A DNA stretch of 55,251 bases, taken from Candidatus Omnitrophota bacterium (GTDB taxonomy: Bacteria > Omnitrophota > Gorgyraeia > Pluralincolimonadales > CAZUZR01). Shown one piece after another: positions 28,973 through 39,538 of this stretch. A program made the position numbers and the translations under genes. Below the pieces are notes generated by a model, which was not told the origin of the DNA, made no database searches, and was given only the letters and a program-made list of their open reading frames with translations. How positions within the stretch are numbered: the stretch's first letter is position 1; the number at the start of each line of letters is the position of its first letter. Where the stretch lies: positions 1 through 55,251 of the forward strand of contig JBDRDF010000022.1 in assembly GCA_043821025.1 (NCBI GenBank), written 5' to 3'.

Positions 28973-31121
28973 GATAAACCCCGGTTAAAACTTTAGTAAA
29001 AATTGTTGCAATTATATTCAAGTCCTTCAATGTCAGTTCGCACTCATCAAGTTGTCCGTCTATAAATTTATTATTTATTATTCTGCGGACCAATTCTTCA
29101 AGATTGGTGGGAGTGGGATTTTTGAGCGTTCGCGATGCAGCCTCAACAGAATCTGCCAAATGGACGGTAGCGGTCTCCTTCGTCTGCGGCTTTGGGCCAG
29201 GATAGCGAAAGCCCTGTTCCTCCAATTTCTCCAAATCCTCGACGGATTCAAGAGCGCGTTGATAAAAATAATATATAAGGCCTGTTCCATGATGTTGTTC
29301 GATAAAATCGATTAACACCCTATTGAGCCTCGCCCTCTTTGCTTTTTCGAGCCCTTCCTTAACGTGGTTTATAATTATGAGGCTCGACATCGAAGGGGCA
29401 AGTTTATCGTGTTGGCTCTCCATAACAGGTTGATTTTCAACAAAATATTCTGCCTTTTCAACTTTTCCGATATCGTGATAATATGCGCCGACCCTCGCCA
29501 AGAGGCCGTTAGCGCCTATTGCTTCACACGCCGTTTCCGCGAGATTACCAACGATGAGGCTATGGTGGTATGTGCCGGGCGCCTTTAGGATCAATTCCTT
29601 CAATAACGGGTTATTGGGATCCGCCAATTCAAGGAGCGTAATATTTGTTGTTATCTGAAACAGCGGTTCAAAGAGATGAAGCGTGCCCGTAAGAAGGATT
29701 CCGACGATGACGCCGTTTAATAAGACCAGCCATGAATCGTTCAAGATGATTTGTAATTCCAGGCCATTTAATATCCCTAACCCTATAACGCAAAACGAGT
29801 GGGCGATTCCTGTTAAAACCCCTGCTGTAAATAGTTGTGACCTTTTTCTAGTTCCCTTGATTGCATAAATTCCGACGATGCTGCCCACGAGAAATATCAG
29901 CGCCAAATCAAATTTCTCGCCTACAAGCAGACCGGTTAAGAAACTCAACGCAATGGCAATGACTATCGCAGGACGCGCGCCTAAAAGCAAGGCGATTAGC
30001 ATAGGACCACTTGCAATGGGTATTAAATAATTTGGTATTTTTGATAATGATATAGCCTTACCGGTTGCAATTAGAGCAATAAGGATAAATGAGATTAAAA
30101 GGAGATGTCTATTATTGACATAGATCTTGGGCTCATAGTGTACAAAATAAAAAGATGTTGTAATTATCAATGCAAATACAACCAGACCGATTCCTAAAAT
30201 GGAAAGCAAAAACCTTTGGCCCTCTAAGGACGTAGTGCGCAAAACTTCCAATTTCGCCACGTGGATAGGAGTAAATCTCTCGCCTTTTTGGGTTATAAGC
30301 TCGTCCCTTTTTACATCTACCATTTTCTTTTGAATCGGTACAGCAGCTGCAGTTTTTTCGCGACGACTTGAAGTTTCTGTTTCATTAAATTTTAAATTTG
30401 GCATCAACGATTTCGTGGCTATCTCTGTAACGGCAGCCCTTAATTTTTTATCGCTGGAAAAGGTTTCGTCAAAAGCACCTGCAAATTGCTGCTTAAAATC
30501 GTCCGGCGTCTTTAAATTCTTAACCTCAACTTCCAACTCAATCTGAGTGCCTAAATTTCTTATGATTATGGCGCTCTTGTCCTGTTTTGTTAAATTTTCT
30601 TTTCCTTCTTGCGAGATCATTCCTTGACCGAAGAGCCCGCTTAATCTGCTCAATATATTAGGTTCTGCCCTATTAAGTTCTTCGGACTGCAATAACGACC
30701 TCAAGGTACTATCTGTTAAGCTAAACTTATCAGCAGCTTTCAAGCGTTCGACTTTATCATCTAGGTTGACATCTTTTAGGTTTTTTAAGTTTTTTGCTGT
30801 CGCAAATAATGATCTTATGTTTTCTGCTACGTTATCATATACATTAATATCCGCATCATAGACATCTTTTACGCCTTGGGTAACAGCTCTCTTTAATTCT
30901 TCGGTCTTCTCTATATCTGTGCCAGCGGAGTATGAAAAATTAAAGGGTGCGTATATAGTCCTATTCGCTATATCTCCTACCTGAAGTGGGCGGCCATACG
31001 GAACTTCCCCTATATATATTATCGACATGAGCACTAGGCAAGTAACTATACCGATAGTGACTTTTATAACTGTCTGCCTTGGGATGGGTTTGGGGTTTTT
31101 GAAAAGTTCCTTATTTAACAT
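28926..31121 (-). CDS. pgpH: 7TM-HD family phosphodiesterase (PgpH-like, c-di-AMP)
   Basis: 7TMR-HDED extracellular region, TM block, APGTYHHS, YYHDIGK, F-ENQ, HHGT and ADSVEAA motifs. Confidence 0.85.
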   Translation of the reverse strand: MLNKELFKNPKPIPRQTVIKVTIGIVTCLVLMSIIYIGEVPYGRPLQVGDIANRTIYAPFNFSYSAGTDIEKTEELKRAVTQGVKDVYDADINVYDNVAENIRSLFATAKNLKNLKDVNLDDKVERLKAADKFSLTDSTLRSLLQSEELNRAEPNILSRLSGLFGQGMISQEGKENLTKQDKSAIIIRNLGTQIELEVEVKNLKTPDDFKQQFAGAFDETFSSDKKLRAAVTEIATKSLMPNLKFNETETSSRREKTAAAVPIQKKMVDVKRDELITQKGERFTPIHVAKLEVLRTTSLEGQRFLLSILGIGLVVFALIITTSFYFVHYEPKIYVNNRHLLLISFILIALIATGKAISLSKIPNYLIPIASGPMLIALLLGARPAIVIAIALSFLTGLLVGEKFDLALIFLVGSIVGIYAIKGTRKRSQLFTAGVLTGIAHSFCVIGLGILNGLELQIILNDSWLVLLNGVIVGILLTGTLHLFEPLFQITTNITLLELADPNNPLLKELILKAPGTYHHSLIVGNLAETACEAIGANGLLARVGAYYHDIGKVEKAEYFVENQPVMESQHDKLAPSMSSLIIINHVKEGLEKAKRARLNRVLIDFIEQHHGTGLIYYFYQRALESVEDLEKLEEQGFRYPGPKPQTKETATVHLADSVEAASRTLKNPTPTNLEELVRRIINNKFIDGQLDECELTLKDLNIIATIFTKVLTGVYHARIEYPSEKEKTEG

Positions 31122-31123
31122 TT

Positions 31124-32074
31124 TTATTTCTCGTTCAATTTCTCATACGCTTTTATTATATCTTGTACTAATTCATGACGGACGATATCCTCGCCAGAAA
31201 AATAGATAAATTTAATTCCCTCGGTATCTTTTAAAATCTCCTGCACCTGCAATAAACCGGCGGCCTTTCCCCCGGGCAGATCGCTCTGCGTAATATCGCC
31301 GGTTATAACGGTCTTTGAATCGAATCCCAATCTGGTCAAAAACATCTTCATCTGTTCAGCAGTTGCGTTTTGGGCTTCATCTAATATTATAAATGCATCG
31401 TTCAAGGTTCTGCCTCGCATATAAGCTAAGGGCGCAACTTCAATAACACCTCTATCGAGAAAACGCTGAACCCTATCGATATCCATCATCTCGTAAAGCG
31501 CATCATAAAGCGGACGCAGATATGGAGAGATCTTCTCATAAATATCGCCTGGTAAATAACCTAAGCTTTCACCCGCTTCAATAGCCGGCCTGGTCAGGAT
31601 GATTCGGCTTACATGGCCCTCCTTTAAGGAATTTATCGCCATGGCCATCGCAAGATAGGTCTTTCCCGTTCCTGCAGGACCGATGCCAAAAACTATGTCA
31701 TATCGTCTTATAGCATCTACATAAATCTTTTGGCCGCTCGTCTTGGGAGTTACGTATTGCTTTTTTGACATGACATCGATCTTATCGAGATAGATGGAAT
31801 GTAAATCCAATTCCGCCTGTTGATGAATTGCCCTAATCGCATATAGTATTTCATGTTGTCTTACTGGGCGGCCGATCCTAATTATATCGAGAAGCTGGTC
31901 AAATAATCTCGAAGCATCTTGGACGTTCTTTTCCGTTCCGCTTACGTTCAGAACCTCACCTCGAGCGATGATTTTTACATCGAATTCCCGCTCAATTAAT
32001 TTCAAATTTTCATCATGGCGGCCAAAGAGTATTCGCGCCTCTTCGTCGCCCAATAACTTAAAAGTCCTTTCCAT
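31124..32074 (-). CDS. phoH: PhoH-family ATPase
   Basis: GPAGTGKT, RPA-EAGE-LG-LPG and RGRTL-DEAQN motifs. Confidence 0.93.
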   Translation of the reverse strand: MERTFKLLGDEEARILFGRHDENLKLIEREFDVKIIARGEVLNVSGTEKNVQDASRLFDQLLDIIRIGRPVRQHEILYAIRAIHQQAELDLHSIYLDKIDVMSKKQYVTPKTSGQKIYVDAIRRYDIVFGIGPAGTGKTYLAMAMAINSLKEGHVSRIILTRPAIEAGESLGYLPGDIYEKISPYLRPLYDALYEMMDIDRVQRFLDRGVIEVAPLAYMRGRTLNDAFIILDEAQNATAEQMKMFLTRLGFDSKTVITGDITQSDLPGGKAAGLLQVQEILKDTEGIKFIYFSGEDIVRHELVQDIIKAYEKLNEK

Positions 32075-32087
32075 TGTCTAACCGATA

Positions 32088-32618
32088 TTACTTTATATAC
32101 TCACTTTCCTTAACCGGTGTAACTCCTTCCTGCGGAACCCTAAGCACTTGTCCGGGATAGACCTTATCCGCGGCTTTTAATTTGTCTTGATTTGCCGAAA
32201 ATATCTTCCGCCATTTTTTTGTCGTGCCATAGAACTTCATTGAGATTTTCTGAAGGGTATCACCCTTTTGCACCTTATAGTTTACATATTCTTCTTTGGC
32301 TACTTCCCCAGTCTCTTTTTCTGCTACTTGAGGAGCAACATAAATCGGTGTGCCCCTGACCACTTCTGCTTCCTTCCTCTTTGGAATTCTACTTTCCTTT
32401 TCAATTACAGGGGGAACCTCGACTTGAACTTCATAATATTCTCGGGTAGCTTTTCTTTTCGCCGCTGGTGGTGGCGTCCCGAATAAATAGCCCTGATTTC
32501 CAGCCGCAGTAATCTGCTGGTCAACCCTTTCTCTTTCAACGAGTTTGGTATTTACCGAACAACCCGCCAAAGAGACAATAAGAACTCCAATCATCGTCAC
32601 TAAAACTAAATACCTCAT
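32088..32618 (-). CDS. LysM-domain lipoprotein
   Basis: Lipobox LAGC; YKVQKGDTL-IS-FYG-W-I-AN...PGQVL. Confidence 0.88.
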   Translation of the reverse strand: MRYLVLVTMIGVLIVSLAGCSVNTKLVERERVDQQITAAGNQGYLFGTPPPAAKRKATREYYEVQVEVPPVIEKESRIPKRKEAEVVRGTPIYVAPQVAEKETGEVAKEEYVNYKVQKGDTLQKISMKFYGTTKKWRKIFSANQDKLKAADKVYPGQVLRVPQEGVTPVKESEYIK

Positions 32619-32640
32619 TCTCGCTATTCCTCCTTTCTTT

Positions 32641-34416
32641 TTATTTTAATTCATCACTTTCTAAAATTTGAAACCCTAGTTCTTTCAACTGCTGTTCTGA
32701 TACATCCGATGGTGCCCCGGTTAAAAAACAGACCGCCTTTTGTGTCTTCGGAAATGCAATCACCTCTCTTATACTTGTCGCATTGGTCATCATCGCGATA
32801 AGTCTATCTAAACCGGGGGCAATGCCGCCATGCGGCGGAGTACCGTAGGAGAACGCTTCCAATAAGAATCCGAACCTATTCTTTGCTTCCTCGTCGCTTA
32901 AGCCGATTGCTTTAAAAATCCGTGATTGCGTTGACTTATCGTGAATCCTGATCGATCCCGAACCAACTTCAACTCCATTTAAAACTAAATCATAAGCCCT
33001 CGCCCTGACCTTCTTTGGTTCCTTTTCGATAAAGGGCAAATCTTCCTCAAAGGGTGCGGTAAATGGATGGTGTTCGGACTCCCAACGCCTTTCTTCTTCG
33101 TTGTATTTAAATAAGGGGAATTCGGTAACCCAGAGAAAATCGAATCTATATTTTTTGATTAGATTAAATTTTTGCGCAATGGCTAAACGAAGTTGTGAAA
33201 GCGCGTCGTTCGCAGTCCCCTTTTTATCCGCGATCAAAAGGACTAAATCTCCCTTTTTTGCCGCCATCTTTTTTATCGCCATTTTTAACCGCTTGTCCTT
33301 AAAAAATTTTGCGATCGGAGATTCGATTCCGCTATCGGAAACTTTCAAATATGTCAGCCCCTTGGCGCCGGATTGAACGGCAAGTTGTATCAAGGAATCG
33401 ATGTCGCTCCTCGAGAGATTCGCTTTCCCTTTTAAATTTAATCCCTTGATTATTCCTTCGGTTTGGCTTACGACTTTCTCGAACGCCTGAAATTCGCTCC
33501 CTTTTAAAATATCGGTTAAGTCCACAAGCTCCATTTCAAATCTGGTATCGGGCTTATCGGTCCCGAACCTTTCCATTGCCTCATGATATTTTAGACGGGG
33601 AAAAGGTATCTTCAAATCAACGCCTATCGTTTTTTTAAAGATATCTTTCATCAGCCTCTCGGTTATATCGAATATGTCTTCTTCATTAACAAATGACATC
33701 TCCATATCAAGTTGCGTGAATTCAGGTTGCCTATCCGCCCTCAAATCTTCGTCCCTAAAACATTTGGCTATCTGAAAATATTTATCGAAACCCGCCGCCA
33801 TTAATATTTGCTTGAACAGTTGCGGCGATTGCGGAAGGGCATAAAATTTTCCTGGATTTAATCTGCTCGGGACAAGATAATCTCGCGCCCCCTCAGGTGT
33901 CGACTTAGTCAAAATTGGCGTCTCAACCTCAATGAAACCCTCTTTATCTAAAAAATTACGGATCGCCTGATAAATTTTGTGTCTAATAAAAATTCTATCG
34001 CGGGAGGGTTTTCGTCTTAAATCTAAAAATCTATAAGTAAAACGTAGCTCCTCCGAGATTTGACCTTCGTCTTCTATCTCAAACGGCGGGGTCAGCGACG
34101 GATTTAAAACTATGAGCTTGTTAATCGCTACCTCTACTTCTCCCGTCTTTAATCTAGGATTTTCTGTCCCCTTAGGCCTCTTTTCTACTTCGCCTTCGAT
34201 CGCGATAACGTATTCGCTCCTTAAAGCACCTGCTGCTTCGTGAAGGTCTTTGGATTTTTTTGGGTTGAAGACGATTTGGGTTATACCCTCCCTGTCTCTT
34301 AAATCGATAAAAATCAGCCCTCCGTGATCGCGTCTCTTATGGACCCAACCGCACAGCAGGACTTTTTTACCGATATCTTTCTTCGTTAACTCTCCGCAGG
34401 TATGAGTTCGTCTCAT
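32641..34416 (-). CDS. aspS: Aspartate-tRNA ligase
   Basis: RDHGGLIFIDLRD, STPEGARDY, LPQSPQ, FRDEDLRADRQPEF and PPHGG motifs. Confidence 0.97.
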   Translation of the reverse strand: MRRTHTCGELTKKDIGKKVLLCGWVHKRRDHGGLIFIDLRDREGITQIVFNPKKSKDLHEAAGALRSEYVIAIEGEVEKRPKGTENPRLKTGEVEVAINKLIVLNPSLTPPFEIEDEGQISEELRFTYRFLDLRRKPSRDRIFIRHKIYQAIRNFLDKEGFIEVETPILTKSTPEGARDYLVPSRLNPGKFYALPQSPQLFKQILMAAGFDKYFQIAKCFRDEDLRADRQPEFTQLDMEMSFVNEEDIFDITERLMKDIFKKTIGVDLKIPFPRLKYHEAMERFGTDKPDTRFEMELVDLTDILKGSEFQAFEKVVSQTEGIIKGLNLKGKANLSRSDIDSLIQLAVQSGAKGLTYLKVSDSGIESPIAKFFKDKRLKMAIKKMAAKKGDLVLLIADKKGTANDALSQLRLAIAQKFNLIKKYRFDFLWVTEFPLFKYNEEERRWESEHHPFTAPFEEDLPFIEKEPKKVRARAYDLVLNGVEVGSGSIRIHDKSTQSRIFKAIGLSDEEAKNRFGFLLEAFSYGTPPHGGIAPGLDRLIAMMTNATSIREVIAFPKTQKAVCFLTGAPSDVSEQQLKELGFQILESDELK

Positions 34417-35691
34417 CTATTTTGATAACGCCTTTCTAATTTCAGAAATAAGAACGCTTTGAGATATTGCCCTTTGTTCTTTTGTTTTCATATCGCGCAG
34501 GGTAACGGTGTTACCTTTTATTTCATCGTCTCCGATTAAGCCTACGAATCTCGCGCCTAATTTGTCGGCCGCTCGCATCTGCGCCTTCAGAGATTTATCT
34601 TCATAATCCATCTCGGCCGCAATGCCGCTGTTTCGCAATTCCATAGCCAATTTAAATCCTAACCTATACGCTGCCTCGCCAATTGTCGCAAGATATATAT
34701 CAATCCCTGAATTAATTAAAGGCACCTCCTTTGATGCCGTTATAGTCCTTTCTATCCCCATAGCGAAACCACAAGCGCCTTTTTCTGGTCCGCCAAAATC
34801 TGAAACTAAATTATCGTATCTGCCGCCGGCAGCAATCGCATCCTGTGCGCCCAATTTTTGATGGGTAACTTCGAAAGTCGTCTTCGTATAATAATCTAAT
34901 CCCCTAACAAGGTATGGCTCTAATTTGTAATCCACCTTTAATATGGCTAACGCGTCCTTAACCGAGTCGAAATGCGAGCGACATTTTGGGCAAAGATAGT
35001 CATTCGTCCCCTTAAAAATTGCCCTTATATATTTTTGACATTTCTCATTTTTGCAATCCAAGATCCTCAAGGCATTCTTTTTGTAACGAGCTTTACAATC
35101 ATCGCAGAAATTTGTAATTTGACTCTCGATCGACTTACGTAACCCGATCGATAGTTCTTTTTTATCGTTATCACAACCCAGCGAATTTAATTTTATACTA
35201 TAATCCTTAACGCTAAATGAATCCAAAATTTTACTTAATAGGTCGATTATTTCCGCATCTAAATACGGGCTGTACGAACCAATTGCCTCGACGCCTATCT
35301 GATGAAATTGTCTTGCCCTACCTGCCTGTGGACGCTCAGCGCGAAACATAGGACCGATATAGAACAGTTTTACCAAACCACCCAACTTATCCATTCCATG
35401 CTCTAAATAAGCCCTAACTGCTGAGGCCGTCGCTTCCGGCCTTAAAGCAACAGGACGTCCGCCCCTATCTAGAAAAGTGTACATCTGCTTCTCAACTATA
35501 TCTGTCCCCTCGCCAATTGAGCGAACGAATAACGGCGTCTCCTCCATTATTGGAGTTCTTATCTCCTCGTAACCAAAGAGGTTAAAGATCCTTTTGGCTT
35601 CGTTCTCTAAAATCGTCCAAAGTTTTGCTTCTTTTGGCAGGAGGTCTCTAGTCCCCCGTAATGCCTTCACTTTAGTTTTTGTTTTTTTCAT
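34417..35691 (-). CDS. hisS: Histidine-tRNA ligase
   Basis: RGTRD, LRPE-TA, FR-ERPQ-GR-RQF-Q, LVRGLDYY and GGRYD motifs. Confidence 0.97.
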   Translation of the reverse strand: MKKTKTKVKALRGTRDLLPKEAKLWTILENEAKRIFNLFGYEEIRTPIMEETPLFVRSIGEGTDIVEKQMYTFLDRGGRPVALRPEATASAVRAYLEHGMDKLGGLVKLFYIGPMFRAERPQAGRARQFHQIGVEAIGSYSPYLDAEIIDLLSKILDSFSVKDYSIKLNSLGCDNDKKELSIGLRKSIESQITNFCDDCKARYKKNALRILDCKNEKCQKYIRAIFKGTNDYLCPKCRSHFDSVKDALAILKVDYKLEPYLVRGLDYYTKTTFEVTHQKLGAQDAIAAGGRYDNLVSDFGGPEKGACGFAMGIERTITASKEVPLINSGIDIYLATIGEAAYRLGFKLAMELRNSGIAAEMDYEDKSLKAQMRAADKLGARFVGLIGDDEIKGNTVTLRDMKTKEQRAISQSVLISEIRKALSK

Positions 35692-35708
35692 AGGGGAAAG
35701 AAGGTAGG

Positions 35709-35981
35709 TTATTTAACCCTTTGTTTCATAATTAATCCGGGCTTAAAAACCGCTACCTTTTTGGGTGGGACAGGAACAGTTACCCCTGTACGCGGATTTC
35801 TCCCCGTCCTTCCTCGCCGAGATTTTACCTTAAAGATGCCGAAATTTCTAAGTTCGACTGTTTCACCATTTGCCAACGCCTCAATTATTATATCGAGAAC
35901 TCGTTGCACTACTTTTTTTACATCGACTTGTTTCAGGTCGGCCTCGTTGGCAATCTTGAGTACTATCTCCTTCTTCGTCAT
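35709..35981 (-). CDS. Integration host factor / HU family DNA-binding protein
   Basis: MTKKEIV, VELRNFG-F, GRNPRTG and FKPG motifs. TTGACA-17-TAATTT promoter at 36037-36065. Confidence 0.93.
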   Translation of the reverse strand: MTKKEIVLKIANEADLKQVDVKKVVQRVLDIIIEALANGETVELRNFGIFKVKSRRGRTGRNPRTGVTVPVPPKKVAVFKPGLIMKQRVK

Positions 35982-36083
35982 CGGAACCCTCCTTCAAATG
36001 TTTAGTTCGTAACCTCTTATATTTATTATAGTTAGTAAATTATCACCAATAAGGAAGTTTGTCAAGCAAAAATAGAAGGGTTG

Positions 36084-39000
36084 TCACGCTTTGAATGAAA
36101 CCGTTCCTTCCCCCAATAACCTTTCTATTTCAACAGCCAATTCATCAGAAGGATCGACCTTAAGTCTCTCCTCAACCGATACCTCAACCTTCTTTCCATC
36201 GGCCATCTTAAAATTTAGATAAACTGGAGTTGTACCGGGGTGGGACTCTAAAATTGACTTTAAGATTGTGAGGGATTTCTCATCTATGCCTGTAGCGGTA
36301 AGGTTGATGATGATTGCCTGCGTATATTTTTTCTGTAACTCTTCGACTGGAATGATATTGTTGGCAACTAATTTTGGCCTTTCTTCCCTTAAATTCACCT
36401 TTCCCTTGATACACACTATGGCATCTTTCATAATAAATTTCTCTGTGGTTTTATAAGCGTTCGGAAAAACTAAAACCTCGGTTTGACCGCTTAGGTCTTC
36501 CAAGTTTATTATAGCCATCTTTTCGCCCTTTGCTTTCGTCGTCGTAAATTTCGCCTTTGTAATTATGCCGCCCAAAATCACTTCTTCTTCTGCCCTTTTT
36601 TTGTCGAGGTCTTTAATCAAAGCGGTGACATAATTTTTCAGTAACTTCTCGTATTTTGCCAGGGGGTGCCCTGTTATGTAAAAGCCCAGCATCTCTTTTT
36701 CATATGCTAAGGTTTGAGTTTCCGCCCATTCAGCAATTTTTGGAATCTCGCGTTTTCTTAATGGAATTTTTACATGAGCGCCGAATTCTGGGAAGAAAGA
36801 TAGTTGTCCGTTCTGCCTCTCCCTGTGCAGGACTGAAGCAGTTTCAAGACAATCGTCGAGAATTGTAATCAATTGCGACCTATGCAGTCCAAATCCATCC
36901 ATGGCCCCACATTTAATCAAACTTTCCAATACTTTTCTATTGACTAATCTCGTGTCTACATGCTCACATAACTCATAAAGCGATTTGAATTTTCCAACTC
37001 TATTTCTCGCGGTTACAATCGAATCGATCGCACCTTGACCAACATTTTTTACAGCGCTTAAACCAAACCTGATCGCGTCGCCTATCACTGTGAATTTTGC
37101 AAAGCTCTCGTTCACATCGGGCGGCAAAATCTTAATCCCCCTCCTTTGCGCTTCTTCAATATAAAAGGCTACCTTTTCGATATTATCGCGCTCTGATGTT
37201 AAAAGAGCAGTCATAAATTCAACTGGATAATTCGCCTTTAAATATGCGGTTCGATATGAAATTAAGGCGTATGCGGTGCTATGAGATTTATTAAAGCCGT
37301 ATCCGGCAAAATACTCCATGAGATTAAAAACCTTTTCAGCAGTCCTTTTCTCTATCCCTTTCTTTATTGCCCCTTCGATAAAAGTGGCTCGGGCTTGTTC
37401 CATAACCTCAGGGGTTTTCTTGGACATTGCCCGCCGCAATGAATCTGCTTGGGACATCGTAAATCCTGCCAAATCCGACGCGATTCTCATAACCTGTTCC
37501 TGATAGACTATAATGCCGTATGTCTCTTTTAGGATCGACTCAAGCAGTTCATGGTCGTATTTTATCGGAATTAACCCGTGTTTCCTTTTTATGAAATCGT
37601 CGACCATACCACTTCCTATCGGACCCGGACGATAAAGTGCTAAAATAGCGACGATATCTTCGAATTTATTGGGCTTAAGTTTCCGCAGGAGCTCTCGCAT
37701 CCCCGCACTTTCTAATTGGAAAACTCCGAGTGACTCCGCGCGCGATAAGAACGCAAATGTCTTGGGATCCTCCGTTGGAATATTTTCTATATCTATTTCT
37801 ATTGCCTTAGTGCGCTTTATTATCTTTATAGTCTCGTCTATGACGGTCAAGGTGCGCAGGCCAAGAAAATCCATCTTAAGAAGACCTATCTTCTCCAGCG
37901 AAGACATAGCATATCCTGTTGAAATCTGATCTTCGCCCGCCTTAAATAGCGGTATATAATTCGTTAAGGGTTCGTCGGAGATAACTACGCCAGCGGCATG
38001 GGTTGATGCGTGACGAGTTAAACCCTCAAGCGCTAAAGATGTCTCGATAAGTTGGGTTATTTTCGGATCGCTCTTATATAAATTCCGCAATTCTGGCTCA
38101 ACATTAATCGCTTCCTCTAATGCGATATTCGGATCCGGTGGAACGAGTTTCGCTATCCTATCTACTTCGCCATAGCTTAGCCCCATTACCCTTCCTACAT
38201 CCCTAATTACGGCGCGGGGTTGCATTGTTCCAAATGTAATTATTTGAGCTACATTATCCTTAGAATATTTCTCAATCACATAATTTATCACTTCGCCTCT
38301 TCGTTCATAACAAAAATCTATATCGATATCCGGAAGGCTTACCCTGTCCGGATTTAAAAACCTCTCAAAGATTAAATCATACTTTAAAGGGTCTAAGTCG
38401 GTAATTTCAAGGGCATAACTTACAACGCTGCCAGCCGCTGAGCCCCTTCCGGGTCCGACGGGGATTTTTTTGGATTTAGCGTAATGAATAAAATCCCACG
38501 CGATTAAAAAATAACTGGTAAAGCCGGTATCCTTGATGATCTTCAATTCGTGCTCGACCCTATTGTGCACTGTCTCGTCTATAATCCGGTAACGTTTCTT
38601 TACCCCCGTCTCCACCAATTCCCTTAGGTATTCGTCGCGAGTCTTTCCTTCGGGGGGATTAAAACGCGGCAAGTGAGTCTTGTCGAACTCTAATTCAAGA
38701 TTACATTTCTCGGCGATCTCTAAAGTTGAACTTATCGCCTGAGGTAATTCGGCGAAAAGTTGTTTCATCTCGTCGGGAGATTTAAAGTAAAATTCATCTG
38801 TCTGAAATCTCATATGGTTAGGATCGTCTAACGTCGTCTGCGTTTGTATGCAAAGCAAGGCCTCATGCGCTCGTGCATGGCGTTTTGAAATATAATGGAT
38901 GTCGGCTGTCGCGACGATCGGAATATCAAGTTCCTTAGCAAGTCTTAATACCCCTGCGTTTGCTTTATCTTGTTCCGGAATTAAGTTCTCCTGCAATTCC

Positions 39001-39527
39001 AGATAAAAATTCCCCGCCCCGAATATATCTCTATAATTCAAAGCAACTTCTTTCGCCTCCTCATATTTGTCCCTAACGAGGAGGTGCGGGATTTCTCCTT
39101 GCAGGCAACTTGTCAAAGCGATGAGGCCCTTTGAATATTGCGAAAGCAGCTCTTTATCTACGCGGGGCCTGTAGTAAAACCCTTCGAGGTAACCTAATGA
39201 AACCAATTTCAGAATATTCTTGTATCCGATTTCATCCTTCGCCAGGAGTATCAAATGAAAAGATGCTTCTTGAATGCCGCGCGATGACTTTTCAAATCGG
39301 GAACCGGGCGCAACATATGCTTCACAACCTATTATCGGTTTTACTCCTTTAGCCATAGCTTTAGTATAAAATTCAATCGCGCCGAACATGTTTCCGTGAT
39401 CGGTCAAAGCAAGCGCGGGCATCTTATGCTCTAGAGATAAATTGATAAGGTCGGAGACTAAACAAGCTCCGTCTAAGAGGCTATACTGAGAGTGGACATG
39501 AAGATGGACAAAATCGGAATGAAGCAT
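36084..39527 (-). CDS. dnaE: DNA polymerase III alpha subunit
   Basis: FVHLHVHS-YSLLDG, GRGSAAGS, PDIDIDF, HAAGVVI and YGFNKSH motifs. Confidence 0.97.
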   Translation of the reverse strand: MLHSDFVHLHVHSQYSLLDGACLVSDLINLSLEHKMPALALTDHGNMFGAIEFYTKAMAKGVKPIIGCEAYVAPGSRFEKSSRGIQEASFHLILLAKDEIGYKNILKLVSLGYLEGFYYRPRVDKELLSQYSKGLIALTSCLQGEIPHLLVRDKYEEAKEVALNYRDIFGAGNFYLELQENLIPEQDKANAGVLRLAKELDIPIVATADIHYISKRHARAHEALLCIQTQTTLDDPNHMRFQTDEFYFKSPDEMKQLFAELPQAISSTLEIAEKCNLELEFDKTHLPRFNPPEGKTRDEYLRELVETGVKKRYRIIDETVHNRVEHELKIIKDTGFTSYFLIAWDFIHYAKSKKIPVGPGRGSAAGSVVSYALEITDLDPLKYDLIFERFLNPDRVSLPDIDIDFCYERRGEVINYVIEKYSKDNVAQIITFGTMQPRAVIRDVGRVMGLSYGEVDRIAKLVPPDPNIALEEAINVEPELRNLYKSDPKITQLIETSLALEGLTRHASTHAAGVVISDEPLTNYIPLFKAGEDQISTGYAMSSLEKIGLLKMDFLGLRTLTVIDETIKIIKRTKAIEIDIENIPTEDPKTFAFLSRAESLGVFQLESAGMRELLRKLKPNKFEDIVAILALYRPGPIGSGMVDDFIKRKHGLIPIKYDHELLESILKETYGIIVYQEQVMRIASDLAGFTMSQADSLRRAMSKKTPEVMEQARATFIEGAIKKGIEKRTAEKVFNLMEYFAGYGFNKSHSTAYALISYRTAYLKANYPVEFMTALLTSERDNIEKVAFYIEEAQRRGIKILPPDVNESFAKFTVIGDAIRFGLSAVKNVGQGAIDSIVTARNRVGKFKSLYELCEHVDTRLVNRKVLESLIKCGAMDGFGLHRSQLITILDDCLETASVLHRERQNGQLSFFPEFGAHVKIPLRKREIPKIAEWAETQTLAYEKEMLGFYITGHPLAKYEKLLKNYVTALIKDLDKKRAEEEVILGGIITKAKFTTTKAKGEKMAIINLEDLSGQTEVLVFPNAYKTTEKFIMKDAIVCIKGKVNLREERPKLVANNIIPVEELQKKYTQAIIINLTATGIDEKSLTILKSILESHPGTTPVYLNFKMADGKKVEVSVEERLKVDPSDELAVEIERLLGEGTVSFKA

Positions 39528-39538
39528 TTTAAATTCGT

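Noticed and set aside
36084-39527. Intein in DnaE
   Set aside because: Normal length (1147 aa), continuous motifs, no C..HN splice junctions seen.
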